From: Acidobacteriota bacterium
Lineage (GTDB): Bacteria; Acidobacteriota; UBA6911; RPQK01; JAJDTT01
Length of the DNA: 64,000 nucleotides
Reading direction: 5' to 3'
Assembly: GCA_965217775.1 (NCBI GenBank)
Contig: CBDCJH010000002.1
Span: 1,280,001 to 1,344,000 of the forward strand
Shown here: one piece after another, positions 1 through 8,904 of the stretch
Layout: every line of letters begins with the position of its first letter
How positions within the stretch are numbered: the first letter of the stretch is position 1
The notes under the pieces: model-generated
Seen by the model: only the letters and a program-made list of their open reading frames with translations
Database searches by the model: none
Told to the model about the DNA's origin: nothing
Program-made: the position numbers and the translations under genes

Positions 1-600
1 GGAGTCCAGGATAGGGTCATCCTGTCGACTCCGGCTCCGGCCGCCTCACGGCTGCTGGCCGGACTCGCCTCGGAGGAGGACTCTCCTCTCAGCCGGGTTC
101 CCTATACCTCGACTCGGATCATCTACTTGGCCTACAGGCGCTCCGAGTTTTCGCACCCGCTGAACGGATTCGGCTTCGTCGCAGCGGAAGGAGCGGATAC
201 GGTGCTGGATGCCTGCACCTGGGTCAGCAGCAAATTCGACGGCCGTTGCCCGCCGGACTCGGTTCTGCTGCGATGTGCCGTTCACGACGGACGCCGGCGC
301 CGGGAACCGATGAGTGAAGAAGAACTCGTGAGCAGGACCCACCAGGAAATACGGCGGATTCTGGGCATCTCCTGCACTCCCACGCTGCATCATGTCTGGG
401 ACCACGGCCCGGCCATGCCCCAACCGATCATGGGCCATTCCGGCAGGATCGAGAGAACCCGTGCCGGCCTGCACCGATTACCGGGGATCTATCTGACCGG
501 GGCCTTCGTCGGCGGAGTCGGGATCCCCGATTGCATCGAGACCAGCAGAAGGGTCGCGGAGGAGGTTGCGGACGAGGCTCGTAACCGGAACCGTGGCTGA
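1..600 (+). CDS. hemY: HemY-type protoporphyrinogen/coproporphyrinogen oxidase, C-terminal part (runs off window start)
   Basis: Frame is open from base 1 (…VILSTPAPAA…VPYTST…). Motifs GFGFV, ACTWVSSKF, AMPQP, GVGIPDCI. Confidence 0.85.
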   Translation, partial: GVQDRVILSTPAPAASRLLAGLASEEDSPLSRVPYTSTRIIYLAYRRSEFSHPLNGFGFVAAEGADTVLDACTWVSSKFDGRCPPDSVLLRCAVHDGRRRREPMSEEELVSRTHQEIRRILGISCTPTLHHVWDHGPAMPQPIMGHSGRIERTRAGLHRLPGIYLTGAFVGGVGIPDCIETSRRVAEEVADEARNRNRG

Positions 601-605
601 GCCCC

Positions 606-1598
606 TTACTCATCAACGGCGTCGCGGGCGCACCGGAAACCCAGATTCGTCAGGCCCGAGTCGGGGGCGGTCTTCTGCCGCGCGGCCACCCGGTAGCCCT
701 GGCAGTAGTTGACGCTGCACATCCAGGAGCCTCCCCGGATCACTCTTTCGGAGCCCTTCGCGGGGCCCGCCGGATCTCTGGCGCCGTTGGAATGGCGGTA
801 GTAGTCGTTCCGGTACCAGTCCCGGGTCCATTCCCACACGTTACCGGCCATGTCGTAGAGCCCGTAGCCGTTGGCCGGAAAGGATCCGACCGGCGCCGTG
901 GTGCGGAACCCGTCCAGTACCTCATGCCGGAGGGGAAAGAAACCCTGCCAGAGGTTGGCCATGTGCTGTTTTCCGGGATTGAGGTCGGCGCCCCAGGGAA
1001 AGGGACCCTGATCCGAACCGCCGCGGGCCGCCCATTCCCACTCCGCTTCGGTGGGCAGCCGCTTTCCGGCCCACCGGGCGTAGGCAACGGCATCATTCCA
1101 CGAGAGCTGGACCACCGGGTGGTCCAGCCGATCCTCGAGGGAGGAACCGGGACCGGTGGGATGCCTCCACGAAGCGCCCGTTACGGGTCGCCAGCTCTCG
1201 TCCTCTTCGGAGAATACGCCCGACCAACCGTAGCTCTCCGCCTCGGTGCGGTGGTTGGTCTCCTGGACGAAGACGCGAAACTGGCGATTCGTGACCTCAT
1301 GGCGATCCAGCCAAAAGGAACTCACACTGACCCGGTGGGGGGGGCCTTCGAAGGGAAATCCTTGATCCGTTCCCATGAGAAAGGTGCCGGCGGGGATTCG
1401 AATCATCTCCTCGGGAGACGGTGGTGGCTGGGTTCGACAGGAGGAGAGCAACAGGCTGAGAAGACAACCTGCGAAAAGGAGTGAGAGCGCGCCCAAGACA
1501 CCGGAAGTAAACGCCGAACCTGACGGATTCCTCACCGATGGCACGGCGCCGCTCTGTGGGATGCGGCGCCGGTCGGTAGTGAAAAGAATTGTCGTCAC
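606..1598 (-). CDS. Formylglycine-generating enzyme (SUMF1/FGE-sulfatase) family, probable lipoprotein
   Basis: FLMG, HEVTN, HPVV, RLPTEAEWE, NGYGLYDMAGNVWEW, RGGSWMCSVNYC (catalytic Cys pair), GFRC. LLSSC lipobox-like. Start uncertain. Confidence 0.9.
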   Translation of the reverse strand: MTTILFTTDRRRIPQSGAVPSVRNPSGSAFTSGVLGALSLLFAGCLLSLLLSSCRTQPPPSPEEMIRIPAGTFLMGTDQGFPFEGPPHRVSVSSFWLDRHEVTNRQFRVFVQETNHRTEAESYGWSGVFSEEDESWRPVTGASWRHPTGPGSSLEDRLDHPVVQLSWNDAVAYARWAGKRLPTEAEWEWAARGGSDQGPFPWGADLNPGKQHMANLWQGFFPLRHEVLDGFRTTAPVGSFPANGYGLYDMAGNVWEWTRDWYRNDYYRHSNGARDPAGPAKGSERVIRGGSWMCSVNYCQGYRVAARQKTAPDSGLTNLGFRCARDAVDE

Positions 1599-1604
1599 GA
1601 GCGG

Positions 1605-3401
1605 TTATGCCGCAGTTCCAGAGGCCCTCCGTCGCCGGAACAAGCCCAGCAGACCCGCCGAGAAGAGGGTCACCAGACAGGAACTGGGAAGCACCCACAT
1701 CCAGGAGACGGCCTTGACCTTGACTAGGAGCCGATTCCCCGCAATTTGGATGGAATCGTCGGGCCGGATCTGAGCTTGAGTGACGGGCTCATCGTTGATC
1801 CGGGTTTCACCCAAGCTCTCCAACTGCCAGCCGCTTTCGGTTCTCCGGACGACGGCATGACGGTCGGCCACGCCTTCGCCGGTCAGGACGAACTCGTTCG
1901 CGCCCGAGTCCGATCCGATGGTGTTTTCCCGGTCGCTGGACGGCTCCCAGCGCACGGTTTCCGTCTGACCGGGCACGTCCGCGTAGATGAAGATGTCCGG
2001 GTGGGTCTGCAACCAGGTGGCGAGGGAGAGATAGAAGCCCACGGCCATGCCCAGAAACCCGGACAGGATCAGCATGCGTCCGCTACAACGGAATCGCAGG
2101 AATGCCGCAAAGAACATCCCGCCCAGGGCTCCGGTGATGTAGCTGCTGATCCGAACGGTAAGATCGAAGAGATTCCCTCGAGTCTCCTCGGGAATGGTGT
2201 TGAGATAGAGGCAGAAGCCGACGGCGAACAGGCCTGCCAGAATCGTGATCGTCCGAGCCAGCTTCAACTCCGCGGCCGCGTCGAGGGCCTGCTTGCGCAG
2301 GCGGCGGAAAAAGTCGACCGTCAGCACCGTGGCCACTCCGTGCATCCCCGAGTCCAGACTCGACATGGCGGCCGAGAACAGGGCCGCCACCACCAGGCCA
2401 GCCAGTCCCCGCGGCAAACCGTGGGCGATGAAATGGGGGAAGGCCTGGTCGGGCGTGCCCGGGAGTTGGCCCAGGTAGTAGGAATAGAGGGCCATCCCCG
2501 TGAGACCGAGGGAGAGGGCGATGGTCATGTCGGCGCCGAGGTTGGATATGAAGGAGCGCCGGGCGCCCTGTACCGAGCCGGTGGTCAGGTACCGTTGGAT
2601 CGCCACCTGATCCGATCCGGCCGTGCAGGTCCACCAGAACATGGCATAGATGGCCATGCCCAGAAGGCTGACCCGGACATAGGGGTCGAAGGCGAAGAAG
2701 GGTTGCGGCTCCCGGTCCGCCTGCATCACGTCGTTGAACCAGGTGGCGGGACCGGTGCCGGTCTCGAAGAAGATGAAGCCTATGGTGAACGCAAGGCCGC
2801 CGAAGAGGATGGCGAACTGGGCCACGTCGGTCCAGATCACGGCCCTCATGCCTCCCATGGTGGTGTAGACGATGGCAATGGCGCCGATTCCCACGACCAC
2901 CCAGATAAAGGGCAGACCGGTCATCCGGGTCATGGCGAAGGAGGCCGTGTAGACGATCATTCCCATCCAGAACAGCCGGTTGAGCATGAACAGGATCGAC
3001 GCGAAGAGCCGCGCTCCGAGACCGTATTGGGCCTCCAGATATTCATAAGCGCTGGTGAAGCGTTTGCGCATGAAGAACGGGATCAGGACCACGGTGACCA
3101 GGGCCAGGGTGAAGGGAATATGCATCTGCCCGCCCCAGATGCCCAGACCATTCTTGATGATCTCGCCGGGACTGGAGAGGTAGCTGACGGTGGAAAGGAG
3201 GGTGGCGAACATGCTCAGACCCACCACGAACCAGGGCATGCTCCGACCCGCCATGAAGTACTCTTCGGTCGATTTCTGCTTCTTGCTGAAGTAGTAACCG
3301 GCGATCAACATCACGATGAAATAGAGGACGACGAACCCGTAGTCGATCGATTGGAGGCCATCGAAGCGGTCTGGTCTGCCCTGGTCGAGGGCTAGCAACA
3401 T
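1605..3401 (-). CDS. Sodium:solute symporter with an inserted FHA-like domain before the last TM helix
   Basis: EYFMAGRSMPW, SAYEYLE, GGMRAVIWTD, DQVAIQRY, AAMSSLDS. Soluble insert about 1720-1960. Confidence 0.9.
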   Translation of the reverse strand: MLLALDQGRPDRFDGLQSIDYGFVVLYFIVMLIAGYYFSKKQKSTEEYFMAGRSMPWFVVGLSMFATLLSTVSYLSSPGEIIKNGLGIWGGQMHIPFTLALVTVVLIPFFMRKRFTSAYEYLEAQYGLGARLFASILFMLNRLFWMGMIVYTASFAMTRMTGLPFIWVVVGIGAIAIVYTTMGGMRAVIWTDVAQFAILFGGLAFTIGFIFFETGTGPATWFNDVMQADREPQPFFAFDPYVRVSLLGMAIYAMFWWTCTAGSDQVAIQRYLTTGSVQGARRSFISNLGADMTIALSLGLTGMALYSYYLGQLPGTPDQAFPHFIAHGLPRGLAGLVVAALFSAAMSSLDSGMHGVATVLTVDFFRRLRKQALDAAAELKLARTITILAGLFAVGFCLYLNTIPEETRGNLFDLTVRISSYITGALGGMFFAAFLRFRCSGRMLILSGFLGMAVGFYLSLATWLQTHPDIFIYADVPGQTETVRWEPSSDRENTIGSDSGANEFVLTGEGVADRHAVVRRTESGWQLESLGETRINDEPVTQAQIRPDDSIQIAGNRLLVKVKAVSWMWVLPSSCLVTLFSAGLLGLFRRRRASGTAA

Positions 3402-3503
3402 GTGTTCACTCCTGTTCTCGCAGTGTGGGAAGGTCGATTCGATGCTGGCCGGGTCCGCGCGGAGTCAAGAACTCCCCTTCGCGTTCACGAAGGCCCGACA
3501 GTG

Positions 3504-4583
3504 CTATTTCGCTGCCCTGTGGGTCGACTCACCGATCCCGTGGTCGTAATCCTGGTAATGGGCGGCCAGGACATCGTTTCCGAAGTCCCCATTCCAGTCT
3601 CGCCAGACCGTGTGGCTGTGGTTGGCCCGGTTCTGGGTATTGGCGTACTCGATGAGAAACTCCGGCGTCTGGACCCTGTAGTAGACCCCTTCTCCGGGCC
3701 CGGTCCCTCCGGCCCAGGCGAAGTGGATTTTTCCCCTGGGGGTCTCGTCGAAGCGATCCATTCTCCCCTTCGTAATGGTGACGGAGCCGTTGCCTGCATA
3801 CTCGTGCACCAGGCTCCGCAGCGCCCGGTACTGGTCGTCGGTGAGCTCGGCGCCGGGCAGCCCGGGAGGTTCGTTGACCAGTCGCGCCCTCTGGTCGACG
3901 AAGCTCAAGATGTCCCTGTAGGCGACGTGCTGCACGACGGCCAGGTCACGCTGTCCGGATTCCAGGCTCTGCAGGAGCTGTTTGGCCTTGTCCTCTTCCG
4001 CGCCCAGCACTCTCAGGCCCTTTTCGGAGCCCCGGCGGACCTCGTGCGGATTGGCGCCGAAGAAGGCCGGGGTGGCCGAGACCAACTTGCCGTCCCGGAT
4101 CGTGAAGTTCAGCGAAAGATGGTGTCCTTCCAGGCGCCAGCCCCAGGTCCCGGAAGCCGAGGGCGTGCCAAAAATCGCGTAGTAGTACTTTTCCCGGTCA
4201 CGGTTTCCCGAAGTGTCGTTCTCGATGATCCTGAGGATTTCTTCCAGTTGGATCACCCCCTGAACCTTGGAGAAGCCCCGGTCGCTGAGGCCGGCCCTCA
4301 GCAGGTTGTGGGCCAGCTTCTCCTGTTTGTCGTCCATGTACTTGTAGCCGATACCGGGGCGGGCGTACCCGTAGGCCCGCTGGTATCCGCTGTCGGGGAA
4401 GTAGTGCCACTCCACCCGCTTCTCGGCGTCGAAGGAATACAGGGTGACCGCCTTCTGCATGGCGGAAAGGGAATCCAGGAAATGATTAGCCTCTCTGATC
4501 ATGGCTTCACCTTCCCCGGACACCCCAGAGGACGCAACCAGGGAGGCGGCGCCCAGCAACAGCACCAAGAGTCGAAATCTCAT
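3504..4583 (-). CDS. DUF3500 domain secreted protein
   Basis: Signal peptide; FGTP…WGWRLEGHHLSLN, TPAFFGANP, YYRVQ…LIEY, NHSHTVWRD. Confidence 0.85.
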   Translation of the reverse strand: MRFRLLVLLLGAASLVASSGVSGEGEAMIREANHFLDSLSAMQKAVTLYSFDAEKRVEWHYFPDSGYQRAYGYARPGIGYKYMDDKQEKLAHNLLRAGLSDRGFSKVQGVIQLEEILRIIENDTSGNRDREKYYYAIFGTPSASGTWGWRLEGHHLSLNFTIRDGKLVSATPAFFGANPHEVRRGSEKGLRVLGAEEDKAKQLLQSLESGQRDLAVVQHVAYRDILSFVDQRARLVNEPPGLPGAELTDDQYRALRSLVHEYAGNGSVTITKGRMDRFDETPRGKIHFAWAGGTGPGEGVYYRVQTPEFLIEYANTQNRANHSHTVWRDWNGDFGNDVLAAHYQDYDHGIGESTHRAAK

Positions 4584-4778
4584 CAGTTCGCTCCATATGG
4601 TTCGAAGTGGTTCGCCGCCCCAAGGGCCCCGGGTCGGGGGCGACCTGCGGCCGATTATATCCGCCGGATGAGGTTCCCGCCAGCGGCGGTCATATGGCTG
4701 ATAAGGTTCCCCGGGTCAGCTTGCTCCTCCACTTTCACCACCCGGGAAGAGGTCAATGGAGCGGACAGACGAAAACCC

Positions 4779-6782
4779 TCAACGCCCCCAGAGTCCGCGG
4801 CCGGCGGCGCGTGCCTCCTGCTCCAGTTGTCGGAACCTGTCGACATGCTCGAACCGGCTCCGTGTGTTCACCCGGGCATATCCCTGCCGGATGATCTCTG
4901 CATTGACGAAGGTTCCGTCCTGGAGATGCAGGTAGCCGAGAAACCGGCCATAGACGTCGACGCCGACCGCGCTCCAGGTCACCGCTTTTCCCTCCAGGTA
5001 TTCCACCGCCCAATCTCTGGCCCGTCGTCCCGCGCGCCGCCGACGCTCCGGCGCATCCACCCCTTTGAACCGCACGCGGAAACGGCGGCACATGCTGGCG
5101 ATCTCGACCGTGTCGCCGTCGATCACCCTGAAGATGCGTCCCGCTGCGGCCGTCGCTGGTTCCATGGCGAGGGTCGAAAGTGCCAGGTCCGGAAGGCAGG
5201 ATCGTCCAATCAGAGCCAGGAGCAGCACCGCTCCGGCGCCTGCGCTCACGGTCCAGAATCGCCGCCGTCCCGAATTCGAGGCCGTTTCCCGCACGACCCA
5301 TGCCCTTTCGCCGAGGTCTGGAACCGATGCAGAGCCCGTCGCCCGGTACCGGCGGCGATTGAGCCTCGCGTTGCGGACGAAGACGTAGACGGCAACCGCA
5401 GCGACTGCGGCCACAGCTACCTCGGCCATGATCATTCGGACCGTGATCGACGACAACAACGGTGACGTGCGTTGCCCAATGGAAAGCCAGTCGACGACGC
5501 GGTCCTGCTGGCCGGAGTAGAAGAGCATCGTCGGAACCAGGAAGAAACCCATCAGTTGCGCGCGGCGCACCTTGAAGTAGCAAGGAATCAACCCGACGGC
5601 TGTCGCCGAGCCCAGGATCACCAGACCGCCTCCGCCCAGCAGCAGGTACGTGAGCACCGTCAGGAAGACGACGACGCTCCAGTTGAGCCCGATGTCGTCG
5701 ACGCTGCGGAAACCGGCCGCGAAACGCCGTCCCAGACGCCACATGATCAGGCAGGAGCCGGCGCCGGCGACAGTCATGAACAGGAGTATCTGAAGCAGGT
5801 CCGGGCGGGTGACGGAGCCACCCAGGATCTGCTCGACGGCAATCGACGCCCCGCTGCGACTCCGGCCAATGAGGTACAGCGCCACGATCGCGAACATCGC
5901 TTCGGAGGTATTCAGGGACGATGTCGTCACCAGATAGGCACGGTCCCGTTCATCGCCGGTCCCGCGGCGGCCGCGCCACCGTTCCAGCAACAGGAGCAGG
6001 GCTGCCGCATTGGCCCCCCCGAGCCCAGGTAACAGGCCGACCATCAGGCCCGCCAGGCCGCCCCGCCCCCCGGCCCAGGCAGCGCGGACTGCCGGGAGCC
6101 CCAATGCCGGCGAATTATTGGCCCGTCCGTCAGGAGCGGGAAGGCCGGAACCGCCGGCGGTGCCGATGGCAAACAGAAGACCCGCAACGCCGAACATCCC
6201 TGCCAGACTCGGAAACAGCGCATTCACCGGCGCGTCGGCGCCGCCGGCGACCAGAGGTGACCCGAGCACGGCGACTCCCAGCAGGCCGCTGGCCAGAAAC
6301 GTGACCAGCGACCAGGACCAGGGTCGGTCGGTGGCGATCAGGATGACCGACACCCCCGCCAGAACCAGGAACATCCAGGGATTGATCAGGCTTTCGACCG
6401 CACCGATGACGTTCCCCAACGTAAGCAGTGCGGCCACTACCAGAAGTCCGAGGATCAGGCCGGCGGCACTCCCCAAGACCGACAGCCGTATGGCCGCTTC
6501 TCCCTCGCCGCGCTTGACCAGCCGGTGTGCCGGAAGGAGGGCGAAAGTCTCGTCCCCCGGAACTCCGAGAAAGAGACCGGGGACCACGTCGAAGAAGGTG
6601 TGCGAGATGGCGAGAGAGCAGGTGAAGGCCAGCAGCGCCGACTAGTCGATGCCGATCGCGGCGCAACTCGCGCTTCCGGCCAGAAGCAACGCGGTGACCG
6701 TGTTGACGTGAATTCCGGGGACCAGGCCGGTGAGAATGCCGGTGAGGGTGCCGAGAAAAGAGGCGAGGGCGAGAATGATCAC
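4779..6782 (-). CDS. Archaeal-type TctA/DUF112 membrane protein fused to a C-terminal thermonuclease (SNase) domain; interrupted by in-frame TAG at 6642-6644
   Basis: From GTG 6782: GTLTGILTGLVPGIHVNTV…D*SALL…ISHTFFDVVPGLFLGVP…LLPAHRL…GLLPGLG…GRSRSG (DUF112 motifs on both sides of the stop). C-terminus VIDGDT, R.KGVDAPE, DVYGR, VNAEIIRQGYA, EQEARAAGRGLW. Confidence 0.8.
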
Positions 6783-6785
6783 GGG

Positions 6786-7649
6786 TTAATCGGCCCTCAC
6801 GACCCTTTTCACGACCAAGGACGGCCGTCCCCGGTACTCGTCGACATCGGCGGTGACTACGATCCGAGCGCCGGACCTCAACAGCTCGACTTCACGGTAG
6901 GTCCGGTCCCCCTGAAAAATGATGCCCTGGACCGTTTCCCGCTCAGGTGCACGAGGGTCGGTGAACGTCAGACGCAGGTGGTGCCGGCCGCGCCGGCTCG
7001 TGAATGGTTCCACGCGGACCGCCCGCACCGGGCCTACCCTCAGGCGTTCCCCCTTCCGCAATGCCGCTTGGGCAAGTGGGACGGCTTGCCCGGATTCCTG
7101 TGTCCTCAGGACCAGGACGTGCGCGGCCGACAAGGGCCTGAGTTGCGGCAGACCGCCATAGCTTCCCAGGTTTCCCGTGACGCGGACGCTCTCACCGCGG
7201 ACCGGCTTGACGGGCAACGGACCCAGCGAGGGAAACACCGGCACGTCAAGGTATATCAGCCCGTGGCAAAAGTCATCACGGCATTCGACCGTCCCTGCAT
7301 CCCGGCGGACGGCGTTGCGATTCGGGCACATACTCCCGGTATGCACCCGAATCGCGCCTTGTCCGGCGGGCGCAGGAACGGTCTCGGTGCTCGCGGGACT
7401 TTCACCACGGACTGATATGTCCAATTCGGGATCGTGAAGTCTGACGACCAGGATTCTTTTCGGCGTCATCCGTACCGAAGTCACCCGGCCCTCAAACCGG
7501 AAGGTGGCGCCCGAGGATCGGGGATCGGCGATATGGCCGGAGGTCAGCCGAGGCAGATCCGCGTGTATGTCCGGATACCTCCACCATCGGTTCACGGCGA
7601 ACAGCAACATCAGGGCGGCGAGGCTGAGCACCAAAACCAGGGTCTTCAT
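6786..7649 (-). CDS. Membrane-anchored protein with two OB-fold nucleic-acid-binding domains; contains a 54-codon repeat insertion
   Basis: N-terminal TM; FEGRVTSV…GESVRVTGNLGSYGGLPQL and …GARIVVTADVDEYRGRPSLVV. Stop lies 3 bp before the TctA-like start. Confidence 0.75.
   Translation of the reverse strand: MKTLVLVLSLAALMLLFAVNRWWRYPDIHADLPRLTSGHIADPRSSGATFRFEGRVTSVRMTPKRILVVRLHDPELDISVRGESPASTETVPAPAGQGAIRVHTGSMCPNRNAVRRDAGTVECRDDFCHGLIYLDVPVFPSLGPLPVKPVRGESVRVTGNLGSYGGLPQLRPLSAAHVLVLRTQESGQAVPLAQAALRKGERLRVGPVRAVRVEPFTSRRGRHHLRLTFTDPRAPERETVQGIIFQGDRTYREVELLRSGARIVVTADVDEYRGRPSLVVKRVVRAD
7256..7415. mobile_element. 160-bp palindromic MITE/RPE-like element, copy 1, inserted in frame in the OB-fold gene
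   Basis: Imperfect terminal IRs tcagcccgtggcaaaagtc / gactttcaccacggactga, flanked by TA at 7254-55 and 7416-17. Collinear copy at 52960-53255. Confidence 0.85.
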
Positions 7650-7761
7650 GGGATTTGCGCGGCGGGGCCGATGACGCCATCCTTCCGTTTGGTCACGGCG
7701 TGCGGTGGCCGCTTCCTCCGGACGCTGCTTCTACCGCTCCTCACGGATCCTCGGCGTGGGA

Positions 7762-8835
7762 TCAGAGCGGCGGATCGAGTCCGAATTTCCGGCTGGTCGC
7801 TTCGATCCAGGGGAGCACGGCAGGGGAAACCGGTATGCCATGTTGGATCCGGTGCTGATAGGTCCGGTGCTCCAGCTCGCCGGGGACCAGGACCCGGTCG
7901 TGGCCGGCCACGGTGGGGGTCCGGTGCAGAGTGTCGATCAGGTCGTCCAACATGGCCTTGAACTGGGCCGCCGGCTGGAACGCCGCGACGTCGATGGCCG
8001 CCACCCAGTGGTAGTTCTCCCCGGCCACGATTCGAGGGCCGATGTTCCCACCGGCCAGCACGCCACAGAGAATTTCCACCACGAGCCCCAGGCCATAGCC
8101 CTTGTGCCCGCCATGGAGAAGACCCGCACCGCCCAGAGGCAGGTGCGACCCGGACTGAAGCCCCACAGTGGCGTCCGTCAAGGGATTCCCCTGCTCATCC
8201 ACCATCCAACCTTCAGGCATCTTTTTCTGGGCCAAGTGGGAGAGATAGACCTTCCCACCGGAGACCACCGTGGTGGCCATGTCCAGTTCGAAAGGCGGAT
8301 GTTTTCCGGCGGGTGCCGCCAGGCTCATGGGATTGGTGCCGAGGCGCGCCTTGCGGCCGAAGGTGGGGACGGCGGCCGGCATGGTGCTGGTCATGGTGAT
8401 GCCGATCATGTCCTGAGCCACGGCCATCAGGGGATAGTAGGCGCACATTCCCAGGTGCGTGCTCCGCGTCACCGAGACCATGCCGATGCCGTGGATGCGA
8501 GCGCGTTCGATGGCCAGCTCCATGGCTTCCCAGGCGGCCACCTGACCGAAACCCCAGTCGCCGTCCAGCAACAGAGCCGCGCCCTGGTCCTTGAGGATCT
8601 TGAGTTTCGGCTCCAGGTTGATCTCTTGCAGGTCGGGTCTGACCTGATCGATGCGGTCCAGGTAGGGCTGTACACAGACGAAGACCCCGTGGGTGTCGAC
8701 CCCTCTCAGGTCGGCCTTGATCATGACCTCGGTCACGCGTTCCGCATCCCGGGGCGGCGTCCCCTTGGCCAAGAGGATCTGCTCGGTCCAGCGGCGGAGG
8801 GGTTCGGCGTGGACGCAGGTTTCAGATGGGTTCAT
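7762..8835 (-). CDS. Ldh_2 family oxidoreductase (malate/lactate/ureidoglycolate dehydrogenase type)
   Basis: ADLRGVDTHG, DGDWGFGQ, STHLG, LGTNP, LDMATT, GHKGYGL, VLVPGE. Confidence 0.92.
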   Translation of the reverse strand: MNPSETCVHAEPLRRWTEQILLAKGTPPRDAERVTEVMIKADLRGVDTHGVFVCVQPYLDRIDQVRPDLQEINLEPKLKILKDQGAALLLDGDWGFGQVAAWEAMELAIERARIHGIGMVSVTRSTHLGMCAYYPLMAVAQDMIGITMTSTMPAAVPTFGRKARLGTNPMSLAAPAGKHPPFELDMATTVVSGGKVYLSHLAQKKMPEGWMVDEQGNPLTDATVGLQSGSHLPLGGAGLLHGGHKGYGLGLVVEILCGVLAGGNIGPRIVAGENYHWVAAIDVAAFQPAAQFKAMLDDLIDTLHRTPTVAGHDRVLVPGELEHRTYQHRIQHGIPVSPAVLPWIEATSRKFGLDPPL

Positions 8836-8904
8836 GGTCTTGTCTTCTTCCTTGTCGATGCCGTCGGGATCTCGATCCGCCGGCCGCAGAGCCCTCGAAT
8901 CGGA

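Noticed and set aside
6642-6644. Pyrrolysine or genome-wide TAG recoding
   Set aside because: TAG terminates several genes here at their natural ends, and there are no pyl genes in the window.
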